From IMG/VR virus record IMGVR_UViG_3300021957_000053, positions 1 to 52,317 of that record: 52,317 nt of DNA; one strand, 5' to 3'. The DNA comes from a virus. Taxonomy: Duplodnaviria > Caudoviricetes. Below, piece by piece: positions 28,050 to 34,811 of this stretch (positions are counted from its first letter, which is position 1; every line of letters starts with the position of its first letter). Under the pieces are notes generated by a model that was not told the origin of the DNA, searched no databases, and worked only from the letters and a program-made list of their open reading frames with translations. A program made the position numbers and the translations under genes.

Positions 28050-28352
28050 TAAACCCTAAAGGGTTTACCTATTCTCGGAAATTCCGAGATTGAACTTCCC
28101 CTTTAGGGGAAAAACTTCCCATCTTTTCCCAAGCATTATGCGAAAGAAAAAGCTATGCAGGTGATCCTGATCCCAAGCATGATCCCAACCGATTGAACCA
28201 TATTATGGTTTGACCATGATCTTGGTCTAAAGACCAAAGCCCTGTAATCCCCAAGAGATTACCTTGTAATCTGATAAAGGGAATCCCTTATTGTTTATAA
28301 AAACAATACATTTCAATGACTTGTCATTGATTCTTGTTGAATCCTACGGATT
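28050..28352. repeat. Cluster of about 10 unrelated short inverted repeats
   Basis: Examples: TAAACCCT-AA-AGGGTTTA, TTCCCCT-TT-AGGGGAA, AACCATA-T-TATGGTT, TTGGTCT-AA-AGACCAA, AGATTAC-CTT-GTAATCT, TCAATGAC-TT-GTCATTGA. Confidence 0.9.
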
Positions 28353-28699
28353 TACAGGCATGATCAAGCCCATCTAGGCTACGGGGGGCATGGGCCAGTG
28401 GGGGGTACGTAGATACTATATACACTCAATGACAGAGAGGGGTATTTTTAGTTGGTAACTACAATTATACCAGCCCATATATAGTATTCCCTAGTAAAAA
28501 CATAGGGTTAATCTAATTATTGGTACGAAAGTAAGTAGTCTATAATAGGATACTGGGGAGATATGTGAGATATGTTACAAAGTCTGTAACAATTTGTGAC
28601 CATATGGACTTATACTTTGTGGTAACTGGACTTACATAGAAATTTAATAGTGTTAAATAAATATTAAATTAATTTAAATATTATTTCTTACTTTTAGTC

Positions 28700-28727
28700 T
28701 TGACAAATATTCAAAGTGCGGTATAAT
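28700..28727 (+). promoter_or_regulatory. Consensus sigma70 promoter for the late arm
   Basis: TTGACA-N16-TATAAT. Confidence 0.7.
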
Positions 28728-28854
28728 ATACTTAAAGTATTACTTAGAGGGTACTTTAAGTATTAAATACTAATTATAATTATTAATAAATATTAATACT
28801 TAAAGAAATCCTTTAAGGATAGTGTAAATTTTTTGCTGTCGTAGGTAAAAAGTA

Positions 28855-28887
28855 TTGACTTCCCATTTTAAAGTAGTATAACTAAGG
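28855..28887 (+). promoter_or_regulatory. Sigma70-like promoter, TATAACTA class
   Basis: TTGACT-N16-TATAACTAAGG. Confidence 0.65.
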
Positions 28888-28895
28888 ACAATCAA

Positions 28896-29141
28896 TTGCC
28901 AAAAATGTATTCTTCCGATAATGTGCTAGAGGAATTTTATAAAGCTTTAGCTGATGAGGACGAGGGTAGACTCCGTAGAGTTCATATCCCACGTTCAGAT
29001 GTTTTTTATGTAAGAGAAAAAATATTTCAGGACACTGGCACTAAGTATTCTCTAGACAGAGTTGAAAGAGCTATGTATTTAGAGGGTCATCTTAGTGCCA
29101 GTGATGTTTTTGAACCTAGAAGAAAGAGGGAATGGGAATGA
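28896..29141 (+). CDS. Hypothetical protein, first gene of the late arm
   Basis: ORF of up to 81 aa (the start may be the downstream ATG at 28905). Confidence 0.7.
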   Translation: MPKMYSSDNVLEEFYKALADEDEGRLRRVHIPRSDVFYVREKIFQDTGTKYSLDRVERAMYLEGHLSASDVFEPRRKREWE

Positions 29142-29338
29142 CAGTAGCAATGGAACGTATTCTAGCTTGGAAGATAATGCCAAGACTAATGATGCTAGTA
29201 ATGACGGTTATGTATATTCGCTGTATTGAGTGGGCATTATCACAACCAGATCTATCTACACAGCAATCAGCATTAATATCGGTAGTTACTGGTGCTATGA
29301 CTGGGGCATTTGCTGTTTGGCTGAGTAACGAAAAATGA
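29138..29338 (+). CDS. Small two-TM membrane protein in the lysis cassette
   Basis: Two hydrophobic helices; ATGA overlaps on both sides. Confidence 0.7.
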   Translation: MTVAMERILAWKIMPRLMMLVMTVMYIRCIEWALSQPDLSTQQSALISVVTGAMTGAFAVWLSNEK

Positions 29339-29685
29339 TAGGTCAGATTCTAGGGGCAGTTGGTGGATTGGCTACCACTTACTTAGATGGTAAGGTAGCG
29401 GTACAAAAAGCCAATGCTGAAATTAAAGTCAAGCAAGCTACTGGTGAGATTGACTGGGACATTGAAGCTATTAAAGCTACACAAAACTCATGGAAAGATG
29501 AGTGGATTACATTACTATTTTCAATTCCACTGATTCTAGCATTTTGTGGTGATTGGGGTAATAGTATTGTCCAAGCTGGGTTTACTGCATTGGACAGTAT
29601 GCCAGCATGGTATCAATACTCACTAGGTGGGATTGTAAGCGCCAGTATTGGAATACGATCCGTATCTAAATTTTTTGGGAAGTGA
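29335..29685 (+). CDS. Putative 3-TM holin
   Basis: SWKDEW..LLFSIPLIL...GF..L..MPAWYQY...ASIGIR; directly upstream of the endolysin. Confidence 0.7.
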   Translation: MIGQILGAVGGLATTYLDGKVAVQKANAEIKVKQATGEIDWDIEAIKATQNSWKDEWITLLFSIPLILAFCGDWGNSIVQAGFTALDSMPAWYQYSLGGIVSASIGIRSVSKFFGK

Positions 29686-29688
29686 CAA

Positions 29689-30198
29689 ATGAAAAAAAAC
29701 TTTGACAAATGTTTATCAATGCTACTACATCATGAAGGTGGGTTTGTAAATCACCCTAAAGATCCGGGTGGTATGACTAACCTTGGTGTTACTAAGGCTG
29801 TCTACGATAAGTGGATTGGTCGTGAGTCTACTGAACAAGAGATGCGTGACTTAACTTTTATAGATGTAGCTCCTATTTATAAAAAGAACTATTGGGATAA
29901 GGTAAGAGGCGATGATCTTCCTAGCGGTGTTGACTGGTGTGCCTTTGACTGGGGAGTTAATTCTGGTTCTGGTCGTCCAGCTAAAGCTATACAACGTGCT
30001 GTGGGAGCAACAGCAGATGGGGCTATTGGTCCTATGACCTTACAAGCTGTTATGAATAAAGAACCTCAAATGATTATTGAAAGTGTTTTTAATCAACGTC
30101 AGAAGTTCTATGAGTCTTTACGTACCTTTGAAACTTTTGGTCGTGGTTGGACTAGACGAAATAAAGAAACACTAGACCAAGCGTTGAGTATGATTTGA
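29689..30198 (+). CDS. Endolysin, glycoside hydrolase family 108 with peptidoglycan-binding domain
   Basis: HEGGFVNHPKDPGGMTNLGVT, FDWGVNSG, DGAIGPMTL, FGRGWTRR. Confidence 0.92.
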   Translation: MKKNFDKCLSMLLHHEGGFVNHPKDPGGMTNLGVTKAVYDKWIGRESTEQEMRDLTFIDVAPIYKKNYWDKVRGDDLPSGVDWCAFDWGVNSGSGRPAKAIQRAVGATADGAIGPMTLQAVMNKEPQMIIESVFNQRQKFYESLRTFETFGRGWTRRNKETLDQALSMI

Positions 30199-30491
30199 TG
30201 AGTATACCTGAACGAGTTAAAACTAAGATGAAAGAAGAAGGTCTTAAGGGTGTAAACAAACCTAAGAAAACCCCTAGCCACCCTAAGAAGTCACACTGTG
30301 TTATGGCTAAAGAAGGTGACACCTATAAGTTTATTCGTTTTGGGCAGCAGGGTGTAAGTGGTGCTGGTAAGAATCCTAAGTCTGCAAAAGATAAAGCTCG
30401 TAAGAAAAGTTATTACGCTAGACATAATGCTCAGGACTCTAAGCCTAGCAAATTATCAGCTAGGTATTGGTCACATAAGGTAAAGTGGTAA
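30195..30491 (+). CDS. Small basic conserved phage protein
   Basis: IRFGQQG...ARKKSYYARH...SARYWSHKVKW. Confidence 0.8.
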   Translation: MMSIPERVKTKMKEEGLKGVNKPKKTPSHPKKSHCVMAKEGDTYKFIRFGQQGVSGAGKNPKSAKDKARKKSYYARHNAQDSKPSKLSARYWSHKVKW

Positions 30492-30733
30492 TGACCCTTA
30501 TCTCTCACTTTCCTTTACCCAGTATGCCATTCCAAACTCATGAGAATATTGTTTTTGAGAAGGCAGATAAAGATAGGTCTAGCAGAAATAACGAAGTAGA
30601 AGAGCCTAACAGGATTACCCCTGATACACCAGTAGAAGAGCTTAAGCTGGTTAATCAGATGTATGCCTATAACCCTAACCCAAACAAACTACGTACTCCA
30701 GATGGACAGATCGTAGACTTTATTATAGCTTAA
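30491..30733 (+). CDS. Hypothetical protein
   Basis: About 80 aa; TAATG coupling; ends GQIVDFIIA. Confidence 0.65.
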   Translation: MTLISHFPLPSMPFQTHENIVFEKADKDRSSRNNEVEEPNRITPDTPVEELKLVNQMYAYNPNPNKLRTPDGQIVDFIIA

Positions 30734-30744
30734 AGGAAAGTAAT

Positions 30745-30915
30745 ATGAATAACAAAATGAATCCCGGAATGAAAGCACTAAAGAAAAAAGCACCAGCAGT
30801 AGCAGCTAAGATGGGCTATAAGTATGGTGGTATGACTAAGAAAAAATCTGGTTACAACAAAGGTGGTATGGCTAACTGTGGTGCCTCTATGAAAGCTACA
30901 CAAGGAAATAAATAA
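30745..30915 (+). CDS. Small basic protein with two YxxGGM motifs (not in ORF track)
   Basis: MNNKMNPGMKALKKKAPAVAAKMGYKYGGMTKKKSGYNKGGMANCGASMKATQGNK; AAGGA RBS; TAATG coupling. Confidence 0.7.
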   Translation: MNNKMNPGMKALKKKAPAVAAKMGYKYGGMTKKKSGYNKGGMANCGASMKATQGNK

Positions 30916-31487
30916 TGGCTAGTTATAAAGATTATAAAAGTATTTCTGCTGCTAAAAAAGCAGGGTCTATGTACTATACAGATAAAAATGGAAAGAAAGC
31001 ACTGGCTGTAACTAAAGAGCAGTTAGATTCTTGGAAGAAAAAGAACAAAGGTAAGTTTAAAGGTTCTGCTCTTACTGCTTGGGCTAATGCTAAAGGTAAA
31101 AATCTTACAGATAAAAAACCTCCTGCTACAAAACCTAAAGCAAAACCTTCAACACCCGGTTCAAAACGTCCACCTAAACGACCTTTAGGTGCGCCAACCC
31201 TTAGAGAAAGAAATCCAATTAAAACTGAAACTCTTTTACCGGGATCAGATAAAACACTTGAAGATGTACTTAAGGATAGTGATAAAAAAAGTCCTAGCCG
31301 TGGTCCTTCAAAAAGACCTAGACGTAGCCCTTCCTCATTAACTCCGAATGAAAAGAAGTTACGAGATTGGAAAGCAGGGGAAAAGAATCTTTCCATGAAA
31401 GAACAGGGAAGACTTCGCAAATGGGCTTTACGTAATGATAAATCCGTACCAAAAGATTTATACAGTACTCCAGATAACTACAAATAA
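30915..31487 (+). CDS. Lys/Pro-rich basic protein
   Basis: 190 aa, very K-rich, with low-complexity SKRP repeats. Confidence 0.75.
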   Translation: MASYKDYKSISAAKKAGSMYYTDKNGKKALAVTKEQLDSWKKKNKGKFKGSALTAWANAKGKNLTDKKPPATKPKAKPSTPGSKRPPKRPLGAPTLRERNPIKTETLLPGSDKTLEDVLKDSDKKSPSRGPSKRPRRSPSSLTPNEKKLRDWKAGEKNLSMKEQGRLRKWALRNDKSVPKDLYSTPDNYK

Positions 31488-31859
31488 ATGCCTGTTTTAA
31501 ATAGCTCCAAGTTTCATACACAAGGGTACACTATTGCATCTACTTCGGCAGATGCTAGTGCTACCGTTGTGTATACCTGCCCTGCTAACTTTAGTGCTAT
31601 TACTAGGTATCTACACATTAGTAATAGTGCCACCTCTACTAAAAAAGTGTATGTGCAGTTTTACCATGCTGAAGATAATGCGTATCATTACATAGCTAAC
31701 GGACTTAGTATGGCAGGACATTCTGTAGTTAACCTAGTTAATGGTGGATACTTTAACTTACACTCAGGTGATAAGATTATGGTATATGGTGAGACTACAA
31801 ATACTATGGAAGTACTTGTTTCATTAGAAGAGTATTTTGACCCCAACAGAAATGCATAA
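31488..31859 (+). CDS. Small beta-rich hypothetical (possibly structural) protein
   Basis: VYTCPAN...LHSGDKI pattern. Confidence 0.75.
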   Translation: MPVLNSSKFHTQGYTIASTSADASATVVYTCPANFSAITRYLHISNSATSTKKVYVQFYHAEDNAYHYIANGLSMAGHSVVNLVNGGYFNLHSGDKIMVYGETTNTMEVLVSLEEYFDPNRNA

Positions 31860-31864
31860 CGGGG

Positions 31865-31895
31865 TTGCAATCTTATCTATAGTATGTTATAACTA
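31865..31895 (+). promoter_or_regulatory. Sigma70-like promoter, TATAACTA class
   Basis: TTGCAA-N17-TATAACTA. Confidence 0.6.
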
Positions 31896-31938
31896 AATAT
31901 GTAAAACTACTCCTGCACAAGATAAAAGGAGTGGTGCT

Positions 31939-32079
31939 ATGTTTAAGAAAATATTTAAAAAGATTCAAGAGAATCAACAACGAAGAGCAGACTATTGGAT
32001 ACTCATGAACTTGAGTGACAAGGAACTGCATGACATGGGAATTAGTCGTGGCGAAATCAGGCAAAAAATCTACAGTTAA
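31939..32079 (+). CDS. DUF1127 (YjiS-like) small protein (not in ORF track)
   Basis: MFKKIFKKIQENQQRRADYWILMNLSDKELHDMGISRGEIRQKIYS; L-x-x-LSDxELxDxGxxR signature; AGGAG RBS. Confidence 0.8.
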   Translation: MFKKIFKKIQENQQRRADYWILMNLSDKELHDMGISRGEIRQKIYS

Positions 32080-32233
32080 TGCAGCGGGTAATTATACTAA
32101 GCCTAGTATGCGTAAGCGCCTTGTTGCTTCCGTTAAAGCTGGAGGGAAAGGTGGAGCACCCGGACAATGGAGCGCCCGGAAAGCTCAAATGGTTGCAAAA
32201 CAATACAAGGCAAAAGGTGGAGGGTATAAGTAG
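32048..32233 (+). CDS. Small basic protein, DUF5872-like N-terminal part
   Basis: GTG start; NYTKPSMRKR...GGKGGAPGQWSARKAQMVAKQYKAKGGGY. Confidence 0.7.
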   Translation: MAKSGKKSTVNAAGNYTKPSMRKRLVASVKAGGKGGAPGQWSARKAQMVAKQYKAKGGGYK

Positions 32234-32385
32234 TGAAGGTAGATGCACCTAAAGGCTATCATTGGATGAAGCAAAAAGATGGTAGTTTAAAACTAATGAA
32301 ACATAAAGATAAGTTTGTACCTCATAAGGGTGCATCTCTCACTGCTAACTTTGCTGTACAAAAGAAACACGATGCCAAAAAGTAA
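32233..32385 (+). CDS. Small basic protein (not in ORF track)
   Basis: VKVDAPKGYHWMKQKDGSLKLMKHKDKFVPHKGASLTANFAVQKKHDAKK; coupled to neighbours. Confidence 0.65.
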   Translation: MKVDAPKGYHWMKQKDGSLKLMKHKDKFVPHKGASLTANFAVQKKHDAKK

Positions 32386-32632
32386 AAGTCAAAAAAGTTT
32401 AACAGCTTGGACTAAGCAGAAATGGAGAACCAAAAGTGGTAAACCATCAACGCAAGGTTCAAAGGCTACAGGCGAAAGGTATCTACCTGAGAAGGCTATT
32501 AAGTCTCTTAGTTCTTCTGAGTATGCCGCTACAACACGAGCAAAACGAAAAGGCACTAAGGCGGGTAAGCAGTTTGTGGCTCAACCTAAGAAAGTTAGAG
32601 CCAAAGTAAAACCGCATAGGAAAATCACATGA
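32372..32632 (+). CDS. Small basic protein, DUF5872-like C-terminal part
   Basis: QKSLTAWTKQKWRTKSGK...GERYLPEKAIKSLS..EYAATTRAKR...KQFVAQP. Confidence 0.7.
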   Translation: MPKSKSQKSLTAWTKQKWRTKSGKPSTQGSKATGERYLPEKAIKSLSSSEYAATTRAKRKGTKAGKQFVAQPKKVRAKVKPHRKIT

Positions 32633-32997
32633 GCCGTAATCTAACGGAAAAACAACAGAAGTTTCTTGATGTTCTATTTGAAGAAGCTCAAGGTAATTTA
32701 TCTCAAGCAAGAAAGATGGCTGGATATGCTGATACTGTCGCAACTTCAGCTATTGTAAATTCTTTACAAGATGAGATTGCAGAAAGAACTAAAAAGTTTA
32801 TTTCTTCTACTGCAGTTAAAGCTGCTTACTCTATGAAACAAATTATGGATAGCCCAACTGACTTGGGTAACAAAGAAAAAATGGCAGCAGCAAAAGATGT
32901 ATTAGATCGTAGTGGATTTAAAGCTTCAGATAAAGTAGAAGTATCTGCGTCTAACCCTTTATTTATTTTACCACCTAAAAATGAAGAAGATTTATAA
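32629..32997 (+). CDS. terS: Putative terminase small subunit
   Basis: LTEKQQKFLD...ARKMAGY HTH-like start; AAKDVLDRSG; upstream of TerL. Confidence 0.7.
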   Translation: MSRNLTEKQQKFLDVLFEEAQGNLSQARKMAGYADTVATSAIVNSLQDEIAERTKKFISSTAVKAAYSMKQIMDSPTDLGNKEKMAAAKDVLDRSGFKASDKVEVSASNPLFILPPKNEEDL

Positions 32998-33397
32998 GAC
33001 TTGGAAGTTACCTGCACCAAAGCAGGGAGAAGAGTTTGAATGGAGAAAAGTTGTACGAGTAGGCAGATTAGTTCCATTTGGCTATAGACAAGACCCTGAT
33101 GACTGTGATATACTATTACCTATCCCAAAAGAATTAGATCTTTTAGAGGAAGCTAAAAAGTACCTAAAGCAGTATAGTTATAGAGATGTAGCCGCTTGGT
33201 TAAGTGAGCAATCGGATCGGTACATATCTCACGTAGGGTTAATGAAAAGAGTTAAAAGTGAACAAAAGCGTAAGAGAGAAGCTGCAAACCAACGCTACCT
33301 CGCTGAAAAGTACAAAGCGGCCCTCGAAAAAGCGGAAAAGCTCGAAGCCGAAAGACTCGGTGGTAAAGGTATCAAGTCCAACTCAGCTACAATATGA
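32981..33397 (+). CDS. Hypothetical DNA-binding protein (recombinase-type HTH-like)
   Basis: VPFGY...SYRDVAAWL...ISHVGLMKR. Confidence 0.65.
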   Translation: MKKIYKTWKLPAPKQGEEFEWRKVVRVGRLVPFGYRQDPDDCDILLPIPKELDLLEEAKKYLKQYSYRDVAAWLSEQSDRYISHVGLMKRVKSEQKRKREAANQRYLAEKYKAALEKAEKLEAERLGGKGIKSNSATI

Positions 33398-34802
33398 AGA
33401 AGAATTTAATACTAATGAAGTTATTTTTGAACCTAACCCCGGTCCACAAACAGAATTTTTAGCTTCTACTGAACAAGAAGTATTATATGGGGGTTCAGCA
33501 GGTGGTGGTAAATCATACAGTTTAGTTGCTGACCCTGTACGTTATTTAAATAATCCTAATGCTAGAATGCTTTTAGTACGTAGGAGCACTGAAGAACTAA
33601 GAGAGCTTATTTCTGTATCTAAACAATTATACCCTAAAGCAATTCCCGGTATTAAGTTTATGGAAAGAGATAAGACTTGGGTAGCCCCTAGTGGTGCAAC
33701 TCTTTGGATGTCTTACCTAGACCGTGACGATGATGTTATGAGATATCAGGGTCAAGCATTTAATTGGATAGGTTTTGACGAACTTACACAGTGGCCTACA
33801 CCTTACCCTTGGAACTACATGAGGTCACGACTTAGGACAACAAGAGCTAGTGGACTACCCTTATATATGAGGGCAACTAGTAACCCCGGAGGTCCGGGAC
33901 ATCAATGGGTTAAAAAAATATTTATTGACCCTAATACTCCTAACGAATCATTTTGGGCTACGGATGCAGATAGTGGAGAAACAATTTGCTGGCCTAAAGG
34001 ACATAGCAGAGAAGGTGAGCCACTATTTAAACGTAGGTTTATACCTGCTACCTTATTCGATAATCCTTACCTAGCAGAAGATGGTATGTATGAGGCTAAT
34101 CTTCTGTCGTTACCTGAGCATCAGCGTAGGCAACTACTAGAAGGTGACTGGGATATTAATGAGGGGGCGGCATTCCCTGAGTTTAATAGGCGTATACATG
34201 TAGTAGAGCCTTTTGATATACCTAGTGGTTGGGCAAAGTTTAGGGCTTGCGACTATGGTTATGGTTCTCATACAGGGGTTGTATGGATTGCTGTTAGTCC
34301 ATCAGAACAATTAATAGTATATAGAGAACTATATGTAAGTAAAGTTATTGCATCTGATCTTGCGGATATGATACTTGAAATAGAAGATGAAGAAAAGATT
34401 CGCTATGGTGTTTTGGATAGTTCTTTATGGCATAAGCGTGGTGATACTGGGCCATCATTGGCTGAACAAATGATTATGAAAGGTTGCAGGTGGCGTCCTG
34501 CAGATAGATCTAAAGGTTCTCGTGTTGCTGGTAAAAATGAAATACATAGAAGACTTCAAGTTGATGAGTTTACTGAAGAACCAAGATTGGTATTTTTTAG
34601 TAACTGTACTAATACCATATCTCAATTACCTGCACTACCTCTTGATAAAAATAACCCAGAAGATGTAGATACAAATGCAGAAGATCATCTATACGATGCA
34701 CTTAGATATGGTGTTATGACAAGACCACGTAGTAGTTTATTTGATTACAATCCAGCTAGTAACACTGGCTTTCAGATTAGTGATCCAACTTTTGGATATT
34801 AA
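33258..34802 (+). CDS. terL: Terminase large subunit
   Basis: Walker A YGGSAGGGKS, Walker B IGFDE, ATSNPGG, nuclease DYGY and DHLYDALRY; exact start uncertain. Confidence 0.95.
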   Translation: MNKSVREKLQTNATSLKSTKRPSKKRKSSKPKDSVVKVSSPTQLQYEEEFNTNEVIFEPNPGPQTEFLASTEQEVLYGGSAGGGKSYSLVADPVRYLNNPNARMLLVRRSTEELRELISVSKQLYPKAIPGIKFMERDKTWVAPSGATLWMSYLDRDDDVMRYQGQAFNWIGFDELTQWPTPYPWNYMRSRLRTTRASGLPLYMRATSNPGGPGHQWVKKIFIDPNTPNESFWATDADSGETICWPKGHSREGEPLFKRRFIPATLFDNPYLAEDGMYEANLLSLPEHQRRQLLEGDWDINEGAAFPEFNRRIHVVEPFDIPSGWAKFRACDYGYGSHTGVVWIAVSPSEQLIVYRELYVSKVIASDLADMILEIEDEEKIRYGVLDSSLWHKRGDTGPSLAEQMIMKGCRWRPADRSKGSRVAGKNEIHRRLQVDEFTEEPRLVFFSNCTNTISQLPALPLDKNNPEDVDTNAEDHLYDALRYGVMTRPRSSLFDYNPASNTGFQISDPTFGY

Positions 34803-34811
34803 GGAAATATA

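Larger units (their letters stand above)
23542..28094. repeat. Dispersed 17-bp palindromic repeat family, 8 copies
   Basis: Core TCTCGGAA-w-TTCCGWGA at about 23542-23564, 24577-24599, 25293-25314, 25728-25750, 26677-26699, 27003-27022, 27288-27307 (inverted) and 28071-28090. Confidence 0.95.

Noticed and set aside
23542-28094. CRISPR array interpretation of the palindromic repeats
   Set aside because: Spacing is about 285-1035 bp and contains whole genes. There is no cas operon, and the Cas4-like nuclease sits in the replication module as is usual for phages.
27953-28895. tRNA or attP core in the non-coding region
   Set aside because: I could find no cloverleaf, T-loop GTTCRA motif or tRNA 3' fragment by eye; tRNAscan or ARAGORN would settle it.
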